Origin: a virus
Lineage: Duplodnaviria; Caudoviricetes
IMG/VR virus record: IMGVR_UViG_3300049136_000130
Location: 1-33,837 of that record
Length of the DNA: 33,837 bases
Reading direction: 5' to 3' (one strand)
In this document: positions 24,222-33,480 of the stretch, piece by piece
Position numbering within the stretch: position 1 is the first letter of the stretch
Layout: every line of letters starts with the position of its first letter
Program-made: the position numbers and the translations under genes
Notes under the pieces: generated by a model
Database searches by the model: none
What the model was told of the DNA's origin: nothing
The model's input: the letters and a program-made list of their open reading frames with translations, nothing else

Positions 24222-27200
24222 ATGAAACTCGCTATTGCCCATAATCTCTTGGTCTTCGACCCGGAGCGCGATGATCCGCGCGTGCAGGAGAGCGGCCTAG
24301 TGCTGCCGATTGCCGAATACCGGACCTGGAAGCGCAAGCCGACCATTGAGCAGGTTCTGGCTGAGACTGGCTGGCGCTTCGATTTGCCGACCGTCTGCAA
24401 GGTCAACGGCATCTATTATGGCCGCACCGAATGGGCGACCCACAAGCTCACGGCCAACGACAATGTGCAGTTCCTGTCTCGCCCGCTCGGCGGAGGGGCT
24501 GGGGGCGGCTCCACGGCCAAGAGCATCGGCGCCATCGTCGCGATGGTCGCCCTGACGGCCCTCGTCCCCTGGGCCATGGGCGCCATCGGTCTGACCGGCA
24601 TGGCGGCCTCTATTGGCTCCTCTCTCCTGATTGCGGGCGGTGCGCTTGCCATCAGCCATTTCCTCAAGCCCAAGACAGGCGGCAAGACCGACGCCACAGA
24701 CGAGCTCTATTCCTTCGGCTTCGGTGGCAACCAGGCCCGCCCCTTGCAGCCGATCCCGGTCGGCTATGGCCGCACCCTGTCATTCCCCGACTTCGCCGCG
24801 CCTCGCTATTCCGAATATAACGGCGATGCCATGACCGAGTACTCGCTGCTTTGTCTTGGCTGCGGGCGCTACGACATCGAGGAAGTCCGGATCTCCGACA
24901 CGACCATCTGGACGAAGGCGGCCGGCTATAATCCGAGCTTCCCCGGCATCAGCCTGCAATTCGTGGAGCCGGGGCAGGACGTGACTCTCTTCCCGGTCAA
25001 CGTCGTTACCGCCTCCGAGGTGACAGGGCTGGAACTGAGCCCGACGCCAACGGCAGGTTTTACCGCCAATGCCGCAACGACGCTCGCCCGCACCCTTCTG
25101 GTCGACTTCGTGTTCCCCGGGGGCGTCTATAACCTCTACAAGGGGGAGATCTATCCGACCGCGGTTCAGGTGGTCGTGGATGCCCGCCCGGTCAACGAGG
25201 CCGGGGCTCCCATCGGCGAGTGGTCGCAGATATTCACCAACATTTATCGCTTCGCCAAGCAGAGCCAGATCCGCGTTACTGAGCGCATTCCGGTCGCTCC
25301 GGCCCGGTATGAGGTCAGGGCCTGGCGCACGACCGAGAAGCTCGACGGCACTTCGTTCAACAACGGCAAGGTAACGGGCGCTGACAATGTGATCTGGTCA
25401 GCCCTGCGCGCGCATATCGACGGGCCGCAATCCTTCCCGCGCACGACGACGATCGCCGTCAGGGCCGAGGCGAACAGCGCCTTGCAGGGCGTCACGAACG
25501 GCCAGCTCGGCGTCATTGCAACCCGCATCATCCCGGTCTGGAACGGCGCGGCATTCGTCGATCAGCCCTCGCGCTCCATCGCCTGGGCGTCGCTCGATAT
25601 CTGGCGCAACGGCGACTATGGCGCAGGCCTGCCCCTGACGCAGATCGACTTTCAAAGCTTTGTCGCCCATGACGCGCTCTGGACGAGCCTCGGGCATACC
25701 TTCGACCATGTGTTCAAGGAACCGCAGACGCTAGATGACGCGATTGAGACGATCCTTAAGGCGGGCAGGGCGGTTCCGGCTCCGGTCGGCGACCGCCTGA
25801 CCATCGTCAAGGACGAGCCGCGGGGGCTGCCGCGCATGATGTTCACCGATTTCGACATCGTGCGCGATAGCCTCACCATCGATTACACGCTTGCCAATGA
25901 CGATCTCGCGAACGGCATCATCGGCGAATACATCGACAGCACGACGCACAAGCTGGCCGAGGTCTCGTCGGCTCCGGATCGTGTGACCCTCGCCAAGCCC
26001 TCGCGCGTGCAGCTCGTCGGCGTGACCAAGCGCTCGCAGGCGTCTGGGCTCGTCCGCTTCATGGCAGGCGAGAACCAATTCCGGCGCATCATGGTCTCAT
26101 GGACAGCCCGCGCCGAAGGGCGGTTGCTCAAGCGCGGCGATCTTGTTCTCTTGTCCTGCGAGGAGCCGGAGACGTGGGGGCAGTCGGCCGAGGTTGTCGG
26201 CTTCAATGCCACGTCCCGTCAGATCACCTTCGACCAGCCGCTCGATTGGGACACCAACGCCCTCAACCATTACATCGAAGTCCGCAGGCGGGACGGTCAG
26301 CCATGGGGGCCGGTGCGCGTCACGCGCGGGGCCTCCGACAAAATCGCTGTCGTCAATGCGACCGACATGGGCACGGAGGCAACCCGGCAGGGCATGAGCC
26401 TTGCCGATGCGATTGCCCGCTCCGATCTGGCGGATCGCCCGACTGCTGCCTTCTCGCCCGGTCAGCCGCGCACCTTCCGCGTGCTCATCACCGAGGGGAC
26501 GCCTGACACGGACGGCGAACATATCACTCTATCCGGCGTCATGGACGACCCGGTCGTCTACGATGTGACGGAAACCGGCGTCACGCCGCTGCCGTCGATC
26601 CCTGACGTGTTCTCGCGGTCGATCCCTCTGGTGATCGGGCTCGGCGCCCAGATTTACCAGCGCGGCTTGACCCTCGTCCTTCAGGCGGGCTGGCAACCGG
26701 CGCGCGGGGCCGTGACCTATCGCGCCGATGTCTCCTATGACAACGGCCAGACATGGGTGCGCGCCTACGAGGGCGAACAGACCACATTCGAGGCGATTGT
26801 CGGCAGCGCCCAGGTCGTGCGGCTGCGGGTGGCAGGCGTGACTGCGAGCAACGTGGTCGGCGCCTTCTCCATCGTCGAGATCAACGCTCCGCCGCTGGTG
26901 CTCGACAACTCGTTCTTCATCATGAAGATCCGGCCCGACGACCTGACGCCGCAGATCCAGCGGCGGCTGGACACGCTCGATCTGCTTCAGGTCACGGCGG
27001 ATCTTGCGACCGAGGGCGTGGTGCTTGCCGAAGAGGCCAACGAACAGGGCAGGGCAGCCGTCAAACAGGTGACGGCGGTTGGAGTCGATGTCGAAAGGGC
27101 CTTCGCCGTCTTCGGGACGGAGGTGCTCGCTGAGTTCGACAATACCGGAGCGACCGTCTCAGACAATCTGGAGACGCTTGCAACTTCCAATGGGGCGATT

Positions 27201-27683
27201 GCGCAATCCACCAACGAGGTCAAGGCGCGGCTCGACAACGTCAACAACACTGGGCAGACGCTCGAGGCCTCTGTCACGACGCAATCGACGGCCATCGCTA
27301 ATATCCAGACGGGACTTCAGGCCTCCTACACGGTCAAACTGACGGCGGGCGATCGTTTCTCGGGTTTCCAGCTGGTGCAGACGGACGGCACGACCGGCTC
27401 CATCGCCTCCGAGTTCAAGATCGCCGCCGACAAGTTCCTGATCTTCGCTCCCGGCTATACCGATCAGGCGGTCTTCGGCGTCGGCACCCGCAACGGCGTG
27501 GCCCGCGTGACCATGCGCGGCGACTTCATCGCGGACGGTTCGGTCAATGCCAACCAGATCAACGTCCTCAACCTCTCGGCACTGTCCGCGAATATGGGCA
27601 CCGTGACTGCGGGGGTGATCCAATCGAGCAACGGCAAAATGGTCATCAACCTGAACGCCAACAGCATCACGATTGCGGACTGA
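24222..27683 (+). CDS. Host-specificity / central tail tip protein (TipJ/gpJ-like, with fused gpI-like N-terminus)
   Basis: 1153 aa; QPIPVGYG, C-terminal ADKFLI and DGSVNANQINVLNLSALSANMG. Confidence 0.93.
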   Translation: MKLAIAHNLLVFDPERDDPRVQESGLVLPIAEYRTWKRKPTIEQVLAETGWRFDLPTVCKVNGIYYGRTEWATHKLTANDNVQFLSRPLGGGAGGGSTAKSIGAIVAMVALTALVPWAMGAIGLTGMAASIGSSLLIAGGALAISHFLKPKTGGKTDATDELYSFGFGGNQARPLQPIPVGYGRTLSFPDFAAPRYSEYNGDAMTEYSLLCLGCGRYDIEEVRISDTTIWTKAAGYNPSFPGISLQFVEPGQDVTLFPVNVVTASEVTGLELSPTPTAGFTANAATTLARTLLVDFVFPGGVYNLYKGEIYPTAVQVVVDARPVNEAGAPIGEWSQIFTNIYRFAKQSQIRVTERIPVAPARYEVRAWRTTEKLDGTSFNNGKVTGADNVIWSALRAHIDGPQSFPRTTTIAVRAEANSALQGVTNGQLGVIATRIIPVWNGAAFVDQPSRSIAWASLDIWRNGDYGAGLPLTQIDFQSFVAHDALWTSLGHTFDHVFKEPQTLDDAIETILKAGRAVPAPVGDRLTIVKDEPRGLPRMMFTDFDIVRDSLTIDYTLANDDLANGIIGEYIDSTTHKLAEVSSAPDRVTLAKPSRVQLVGVTKRSQASGLVRFMAGENQFRRIMVSWTARAEGRLLKRGDLVLLSCEEPETWGQSAEVVGFNATSRQITFDQPLDWDTNALNHYIEVRRRDGQPWGPVRVTRGASDKIAVVNATDMGTEATRQGMSLADAIARSDLADRPTAAFSPGQPRTFRVLITEGTPDTDGEHITLSGVMDDPVVYDVTETGVTPLPSIPDVFSRSIPLVIGLGAQIYQRGLTLVLQAGWQPARGAVTYRADVSYDNGQTWVRAYEGEQTTFEAIVGSAQVVRLRVAGVTASNVVGAFSIVEINAPPLVLDNSFFIMKIRPDDLTPQIQRRLDTLDLLQVTADLATEGVVLAEEANEQGRAAVKQVTAVGVDVERAFAVFGTEVLAEFDNTGATVSDNLETLATSNGAIAQSTNEVKARLDNVNNTGQTLEASVTTQSTAIANIQTGLQASYTVKLTAGDRFSGFQLVQTDGTTGSIASEFKIAADKFLIFAPGYTDQAVFGVGTRNGVARVTMRGDFIADGSVNANQINVLNLSALSANMGTVTAGVIQSSNGKMVINLNANSITIAD

Positions 27684-27685
27684 TC

Positions 27686-28138
27686 ATGCCGAACTGCGTC
27701 CAGCTAGGATCACACCCCCAGACAACCGGTACCGGGATCTATGCCAGCGTTCCGGGCCAGGACGTGCTGGGCCTCAACCCGGATAACCCTTCGCATTATC
27801 CCTACTTCGCCCTCAACACGAAGATGGGGCGCATGGCGAACGTCATTCAGGCGGGTGTGTGCATGCAGGATGAGTATGTCAACCATCCTCAGATCGGCGG
27901 CGGCTCTATCCCCCTGGTGATCTTCCAGCGCGTTCTGGCGAATGGCGGGTTTGATCCGCATGAGATCGCCCGCTTCCTAAATACGCCGGTCAACTCGACG
28001 GTTGTGGAGAACCTGTCCCGGTGGCGCATCGAGCAGACCGCCTGGTCCTTTGCCGTTCGCGTCAACACCCGCCGCCTCTCGGATCCGATCACCGGGGCAT
28101 ACTTCCGCTATACCGTTTTGAACCAGGCGATCAACTGA
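27686..28138 (+). CDS. Putative tail tip accessory protein
   Basis: GIYASVPGQDV motif; follows gpJ. Confidence 0.7.
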   Translation: MPNCVQLGSHPQTTGTGIYASVPGQDVLGLNPDNPSHYPYFALNTKMGRMANVIQAGVCMQDEYVNHPQIGGGSIPLVIFQRVLANGGFDPHEIARFLNTPVNSTVVENLSRWRIEQTAWSFAVRVNTRRLSDPITGAYFRYTVLNQAIN

Positions 28139-28572
28139 TGTCGGTCTACATCACAACGAGCACGATCAAGGTCGCCGCGCCAGGGATCAATGCCGCGACG
28201 GCCGGCGAGAAGGATCTCGTTCTCTCCATCGGCCAGAGAACCGGGCAACTGCTTCAGCGTGGGATCTTCCCTTTGACGCAAGAATCAGCCGGTGGGGCCA
28301 GCGGCTCGGCGGCCATCGGGCCGTTCAGCCAGGCCCCCGAACTGATTGGTTATGCCCGCAGCACGGACGGTTATGCCCATTACCCGCCCTGCATCGTGTT
28401 CAGCAATACGGCCTTGAGCGGTCCTCCGCAGCTGGCAGAGACATTTGTTTGCACGGCCATGACGCTGACCAATAGCGGCATCAGCGTCGAAGGCTTCGCG
28501 CGCACGAATGTCGGCGCCCCGCAGGCCGATGCCTTCGCCTATGTGATCTACCGCAAGCCGAACCGGGGCTAG
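28138..28572 (+). CDS. Putative tail tip accessory protein
   Basis: IKVAAPGINA..DLVLS; TGATG coupled. Confidence 0.7.
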   Translation: MSVYITTSTIKVAAPGINAATAGEKDLVLSIGQRTGQLLQRGIFPLTQESAGGASGSAAIGPFSQAPELIGYARSTDGYAHYPPCIVFSNTALSGPPQLAETFVCTAMTLTNSGISVEGFARTNVGAPQADAFAYVIYRKPNRG

Positions 28573-28574
28573 GC

Positions 28575-28988
28575 ATGTTTATCGAGTTTGCCCGCAGCGA
28601 CGATCCCTTCCGTGTGCAGTCCGGGGCGGCTCATGTCTCCGACGACATCGACCCTCGGGTCTTGTTCTCCTCGCGGTGGCCGGGGGCCTTTGCCGAACTG
28701 CTGACCGTGCCTTTCTCGGTTGGCGCGTCCGAGATCAGCGGCGTCGTAGCTTACGGCAGAGCCTATTCCTCCATCCCGCTCGTCCTCGGGGCCGTTCAGG
28801 TGAGCGGCGGCGGCGTCTTCTATCCCTATGCCTACACCTACGGGCAAGCAGTTGGCACTCAGGGCAACTGGTCGGTGGTCAACGACTTCGTGAAGCTGGA
28901 GGCGACGACCGTAAACGTGCGGTTCCGTCTCTGCTCGCAGGACGGCGCTCCCTATGGCGGAACTCTCAAGATCTGGGTGATTGGATGA
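28575..28988 (+). CDS. Putative tail tip accessory protein
   Basis: Beta-rich; VLFSSRW, YGRAYSSIPLV. Confidence 0.7.
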   Translation: MFIEFARSDDPFRVQSGAAHVSDDIDPRVLFSSRWPGAFAELLTVPFSVGASEISGVVAYGRAYSSIPLVLGAVQVSGGGVFYPYAYTYGQAVGTQGNWSVVNDFVKLEATTVNVRFRLCSQDGAPYGGTLKIWVIG

Positions 28989-29362
28989 TTGTAACCTACG
29001 ACCTGGCCAGTGGTCGCATTACCGGCGCGCACGAGATCCATGGCGACGAGGATGCCTATATCGCGCAACTGGCGCAGTACGGGCAGGGCGGGCTTCGGCT
29101 CGGCATCGATGGCAACGTGTTCTATGTGAAGGACGGCGCCCTTGTGCCGCGACCGGATGCGGGGATCGCCCTCGACGAGAGCGTGACCCTGACAGGCGTG
29201 CGCAAGGGCGCCAGGGTGGGGATTATCGGCCCGGTGACGCAGGAAGCCACAGGCACGGGCCGGGACATCGTGCTCTCATTTGCACTCCCCGGCGTCTACG
29301 AGTTCCAGATTGACGCCTTCCCCGATCGTGATGCCATCCTGCGCGTGAGTGTGACCGCATGA
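28985..29362 (+). CDS. Hypothetical tail-associated protein
   Basis: MIVTYDLASGRI, YVKDGALVPRP, PGVYEFQIDAFP; ATGA coupled. Confidence 0.75.
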   Translation: MIVTYDLASGRITGAHEIHGDEDAYIAQLAQYGQGGLRLGIDGNVFYVKDGALVPRPDAGIALDESVTLTGVRKGARVGIIGPVTQEATGTGRDIVLSFALPGVYEFQIDAFPDRDAILRVSVTA

Positions 29363-29733
29363 AGCTGTTCATCGCCCCTCCGATTGACGACCTGAAGCAG
29401 ATCGCGCTCGACGCCGTGGACGCATGGGCGGCGGCACAGCGGGCAAGGCCTGCGGCACAGGCTTCTATGGATGCCTTCAAGCTGACGGAGGCCGACAAGG
29501 TTCTCGCCGGCGGCTCATCACGGCTGATCGAGGAAGAGGCCGATATCCACGGTATCTCACCGAAGGCGCAGGCGGAAGCGGTTGTTGCGGCGGCTTCTGC
29601 GACGGTCGATCTTGAGCTCGCGCGTGTGGTGGCCAAGGCAGCCATTCGCAAAGCCAGGAAGCACACCGAGGTCATGAAGATCCTCCAAGAGCGCGATATC
29701 CGCCTCAACACCGGGCCGCAACTCGGCCTCTAG
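29359..29733 (+). CDS. Hypothetical tail fibre assembly-like protein
   Basis: KLTEA..LIEEEA..LELARVVAKAAIR pattern. Confidence 0.7.
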   Translation: MKLFIAPPIDDLKQIALDAVDAWAAAQRARPAAQASMDAFKLTEADKVLAGGSSRLIEEEADIHGISPKAQAEAVVAAASATVDLELARVVAKAAIRKARKHTEVMKILQERDIRLNTGPQLGL

Positions 29734-29795
29734 GCCTCCCGACAAACCACGCCTACCCAAGCCGGTTGCACGCGCAGCCGGGAGCGAGCGCACGC

Positions 29796-30398
29796 ATGGA
29801 ACCCATCGACTTCTTCTATTCTGACGGCACGATCACGCTGACGAACAGCTCGGACATTGCCACCGGCACGTTCACAGCCTGGGACCCCGCCGTCTTGCCG
29901 TACGACATCCTGTTCGCCAATGACGGGCAGGGCGGGGCCTCGGTTGTGGCAGAGGTCATCTCGACGACCGAGATGCGGTTGGCCAAGGCCTGGTCAGGGC
30001 CGACGCTGACGGGTGTGCCTTACTTCATCCTGCGCTGGATCAAGCACACGGACCCACGCATCTATGGTGTGCGGGTCTCGGACTACCTGACACGGCTGAA
30101 GGCCATTCCCGACAACCTTGAGGAGACGGCCACGCAAGTCAGCCAGGATCGGCAAGCGGTTGACGCTTCCCTTGTTACTTTGCAGCAGGTCAATGCGGAA
30201 GTTGATGCCGATCGTCTGGCAGTCGCAGCCGATAAGCAAGACATCCAGCAGATCAGCCTTTCGGTTTCGAACGATGCCGCAGCTGCTGCCGCAAGTGCTG
30301 CCGAGGCGGCCTCTTACGCCCCACTCGCCGCCCAGGATGACCTCGGCTTTCTCACTGATGCCCCTACAGACCAAGACGATTACGGGATGGTAAGCTAA
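29796..30398 (+). CDS. Tail fibre anchoring/N-terminal module
   Basis: YSDGTITLTNSSDIATGTFTAW N-terminus, coiled coil, acidic DDLG..DDYG end. Confidence 0.75.
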   Translation: MEPIDFFYSDGTITLTNSSDIATGTFTAWDPAVLPYDILFANDGQGGASVVAEVISTTEMRLAKAWSGPTLTGVPYFILRWIKHTDPRIYGVRVSDYLTRLKAIPDNLEETATQVSQDRQAVDASLVTLQQVNAEVDADRLAVAADKQDIQQISLSVSNDAAAAAASAAEAASYAPLAAQDDLGFLTDAPTDQDDYGMVS

Positions 30399-31306
30399 TG
30401 TCAAAACAGGTTCAGTTCAGGCGCGGGACAACCGCGCAGCATGCAGCTTTTACGGGCGCAGTTGGTGAGATCACCGTTGACACCACAAAGAAGACCGCTG
30501 TCGTCCATGATGGGGCAACCGCTGGCGGGCTTCCCCTGTCTCGTGACGACCACAGACACGAGAGCCTATCTGGTGGCATTCGGGGGCTGCTTCTAGCGAA
30601 CAACACAACCGACACGCTCAATGATATTGATATCGCCGTTGGGGCCGCTCGAGACAGCACCAACACGCTCGACCTTGTTCTGCCGTCAGGCATAACCAAG
30701 CGGCTTGACGCGGCTTGGATCGCGGGAACAGGGAACGGCGGTCTTGATACGGGAGCCAAGGCGGCCAGCACCGGCTATCATGTCTATTTGATCCGCCGTG
30801 CGTCTGACGGTGCAATTGATGCCCTGTTCTCGACATCGGCCACAAACCCGGCCATGCCAACCGGCTGGACGCATCGCCGCCGCATCGGTTCGATTACAAC
30901 GGACGTGGACGGTAATATTCGCCCCTTCCACCAGACAGGTGGCTGGTTTCGCTACAAAGGAGAGCCCCCGCGCGACTCGGTCAATCAGGTTCTGAGCGCC
31001 CCATTTCTTCAGGCGCTGAGCCTTCCGAGCGGGATTAAGTATGAGGTTCTCCTTGCGTGTGTGACCTCCGAGGCAAGCTCACTGGGAGGGTGGGTTCAGA
31101 TCCGCGATCCTGATCTCGGCGCGCCAGTGACTACGAGCAACGGCATGGGCGCTTATTACAGGTTTAGCGGAACGAGCCTTCAAGGCTTCAGCTATCGAGT
31201 TCATACGAATGCCTCCCGTCAGATCTATATCGCGGACAGGCAGACCACAGCGACCCTGTCAGTCTACACGCAGGCCTATTTCGATCACCGAGACGAGTAC
31301 CTGTAA
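30398..31306 (+). CDS. Tail fibre/receptor-binding protein with Mtd-N-like N-terminus
   Basis: VQFRRGTTAQHAAFTGAVGEITVDT..VHDGATAGG; TKRLDAAW..GTGNGGLDTG. Confidence 0.8.
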   Translation: MSKQVQFRRGTTAQHAAFTGAVGEITVDTTKKTAVVHDGATAGGLPLSRDDHRHESLSGGIRGLLLANNTTDTLNDIDIAVGAARDSTNTLDLVLPSGITKRLDAAWIAGTGNGGLDTGAKAASTGYHVYLIRRASDGAIDALFSTSATNPAMPTGWTHRRRIGSITTDVDGNIRPFHQTGGWFRYKGEPPRDSVNQVLSAPFLQALSLPSGIKYEVLLACVTSEASSLGGWVQIRDPDLGAPVTTSNGMGAYYRFSGTSLQGFSYRVHTNASRQIYIADRQTTATLSVYTQAYFDHRDEYL

Positions 31307-31869
31307 TGAAGGTGTTTGACGTTGCCTTTACAGGAACCAGCTTGACGACGGGCCGCTATACTCGAGATTGGAAAATGGAAGCTCAGGCGAGGTTGCAAGA
31401 GCAGGCTCCCACAGAGGTCCGCTTCTATGATCTCGGGGAGGCTGCCAGGGCATCCAATTGGGGGCTGACGAATATCAGTCAAGTCGTCGCCACGCGTCCC
31501 CAGGTTGCTGTGATCGAGTTCGCAATCAACGACGCCTATACATCGTTCAACATTTCGCTCGCACAGAGCCGAACGAATACGGAGGGCATGATCAATGCAA
31601 TCCGGTCGGGGAGCCCCGGAACCCGGATCTTCATTATGACTATGAACCCGGTTCTCACGAGCGACCGCCCCAACCTTGCAGACTACTATGCGCAGTATCG
31701 GCAGATCTCCGTCGATAATGGGGTAGGATTGGTTGACAACTATCCGGACTGGGGTACTGCAACGGTGGGCGAGATCCCGGACAACGTGCATCCGAACATT
31801 GAGGGGCTGCGACGGGTTTTGATCCCAAATGTTGTCAAGACGTTGAAGCCGCTCATCGCGACGATGTAA
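31306..31869 (+). CDS. SGNH/GDSL hydrolase (esterase)
   Basis: GTSLT block I, EFAIND block III, DNVHP block V; TAATG coupled to fibre gene. Confidence 0.88.
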   Translation: MKVFDVAFTGTSLTTGRYTRDWKMEAQARLQEQAPTEVRFYDLGEAARASNWGLTNISQVVATRPQVAVIEFAINDAYTSFNISLAQSRTNTEGMINAIRSGSPGTRIFIMTMNPVLTSDRPNLADYYAQYRQISVDNGVGLVDNYPDWGTATVGEIPDNVHPNIEGLRRVLIPNVVKTLKPLIATM

Positions 31870-31875
31870 GAAACC

Positions 31876-31904
31876 TTGAGGACGCCTTTACCTTACGGTA
31901 GGCT
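31876..31904 (+). promoter_or_regulatory. Candidate promoter for leaderless moron mRNA
   Basis: TTGAGG(31876)-N17-TAGGCT(31899), 6 nt before ATG 31911, no SD. Confidence 0.55.
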
Positions 31905-31910
31905 GCCGAA

Positions 31911-32177
31911 ATGGATCACCAGACATATCTCCTTCTCAGGAAGTTACAGGCCAACAACGGCAAACTTCTGGTCCGCGAGACAGAGGTGGACAAATACTTT
32001 GATCCCGTCGCGGTGGACCGGGCGTCCCGCTTCAAGCTGATTACCTTCGTCAGCAACGGCGGGTTCGGAGCCCATGAGGGATATGAACTGACCCGCAAGG
32101 GCTGGATGGAATTGGGACTCGAGCCTCCTCCTTCTTTAGTCCAGCGGCTCTGGCGGCTCTTCCGTCGAACCTCCTAA
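31911..32177 (+). CDS. Moron, winged-helix-like protein with amphipathic C-tail
   Basis: YELTRKGW motif, SLVQRLWRLFRR tail; own promoter and terminator. Confidence 0.7.
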   Translation: MDHQTYLLLRKLQANNGKLLVRETEVDKYFDPVAVDRASRFKLITFVSNGGFGAHEGYELTRKGWMELGLEPPPSLVQRLWRLFRRTS

Positions 32178-32201
32178 GCTTCTCTTTGTAACGACGATGT
32201 A

Positions 32202-32224
32202 GGCCGCCTTCGGGGCGGCTTTTT
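32202..32224 (+). terminator. Intrinsic terminator
   Basis: GGCCGCC-TTCGG-GGCGGCT followed by T run. Confidence 0.85.
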
Positions 32225-32248
32225 CTTTACCCACATCACGAGGACATC

Positions 32249-33073
32249 ATGACCATCAACCGCGCCGCATTTTTTGCGGCTGTGCGGTCGTCGCTCTTTG
32301 GCGGCCGTTTGAATGGGGGCCAGGTGCAGGGGCTCGACGCCCTGCTCGATACGGCGCCGGCTGAAATGCCGCTAGAGCATCTGGCCTACTGCCTCGCCAC
32401 GGCCTTCCACGAAACCAACGAGACGATGCAGCCGGTTGTCGAGAACCTAAACTATACCACGGCGGCGCGCATCCGGGCGGTATGGCCGACGCGCTTCCCG
32501 ACCGAGGCCAGCGCCAAGCCCTTCGTCAAGAACCCTCAAAAGTTGGCCAATAAAGTCTATGGCGGGCGCATGGGCAACACTGGAGCCAATGACGGCTGGA
32601 CCTATCGCGGGCGCGGTTTTGTCCAGATCACCGGCAAGGACAATTACGAACGGGCTGGCAAGAAGCTCCTGACCGATCTGGTCAAAAGCCCGGAGCTCGC
32701 CACGCACTGCGGAACTGCGGCCTCCATCCTTTACGCAGGAATGGCTGAGGGCTGGTTTACCGGCAAGAAGCTCTCCGACTATTTCAGACACGGCCTGACG
32801 GACCCCTACAACGCGCGACGGATCGTCAACGGGCTCGACCGAGCCTCTGATATCGCCGGTTACTATCACAAGTTCCTCGCTGCCCTTGAGGCGGCGAAGG
32901 TGGCAGGCCCGTCCGTCGTTCCTCCGCCTCCCGACATCGAGCCGATCGCACCCATCCCGCAACCGACGAACGCAGCTGCGGCCGCCCTTGTTGGCGGACT
33001 CGTCGCCGCAGTGGTTGCCATTGCCGCTTATCTCGGCCTCGGCCTTGACGCCCTCAAAGCCATGATCCCATAG
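32249..33073 (+). CDS. Endolysin, glycoside hydrolase family 19-like, with C-terminal TM
   Basis: LATAFHET, ENLNY, YRGRGFVQITGKDNY, ARRIVNG. Confidence 0.92.
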   Translation: MTINRAAFFAAVRSSLFGGRLNGGQVQGLDALLDTAPAEMPLEHLAYCLATAFHETNETMQPVVENLNYTTAARIRAVWPTRFPTEASAKPFVKNPQKLANKVYGGRMGNTGANDGWTYRGRGFVQITGKDNYERAGKKLLTDLVKSPELATHCGTAASILYAGMAEGWFTGKKLSDYFRHGLTDPYNARRIVNGLDRASDIAGYYHKFLAALEAAKVAGPSVVPPPPDIEPIAPIPQPTNAAAAALVGGLVAAVVAIAAYLGLGLDALKAMIP

Positions 33074-33084
33074 GAGCACAAGCC

Positions 33085-33477
33085 ATGTTGCAGCTTATCA
33101 TCCCGGCAGTTGTCGGAGCCGTTACCGATGCGATCATTAAGGAAAGCAGGCGCCCCGAGGTGCCGATCGAGCCAAAGGACGCTTCCCGCGTGGCGGCGGC
33201 TGTGACCCGGGAAGTGCAGGAGAACCCGCGTCTTCTTGAGATCGAGCAACGCCTCGTCCATCAAACGAACAATGAGCCTTGGTATCAGAGCCGTGTGACT
33301 TGGGGCGCGATCATCGCAGGCGCTTCTCCGCTTGTCGCATCACTCCTCGGGCGGGAGGCTTTCTCGCATGAGGAGCAAATGCTCGCCACGGCAGTCATGG
33401 CGAGCCTCGGCTCTGCGGTCGGTGCGGGCATCGTGCTCTACGGTCGATGGAAGGCCCGTAAGCCGCTGGGAGTTTAA
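33085..33477 (+). CDS. Putative holin
   Basis: PWYQSRVTWG followed by two TM helices and YGR..ARKPL; follows endolysin. Confidence 0.7.
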   Translation: MLQLIIPAVVGAVTDAIIKESRRPEVPIEPKDASRVAAAVTREVQENPRLLEIEQRLVHQTNNEPWYQSRVTWGAIIAGASPLVASLLGREAFSHEEQMLATAVMASLGSAVGAGIVLYGRWKARKPLGV

Positions 33478-33480
33478 GGG

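Noticed and set aside
11524-27683. Numerous long antisense and alternate-frame ORFs over structural genes
   Set aside because: Expected shadows of high-GC3 coding sequence; no motifs or SDs
11195-27683. Gene transfer agent cluster
   Set aside because: Linked repressor, replication genes, HNH/cos-type packaging and a ~650-aa tape measure indicate a genuine phage
30398-31306. Diversity-generating retroelement suggested by Mtd-like N-terminus
   Set aside because: No reverse transcriptase, Avd or TR/VR repeat pair seen in the window
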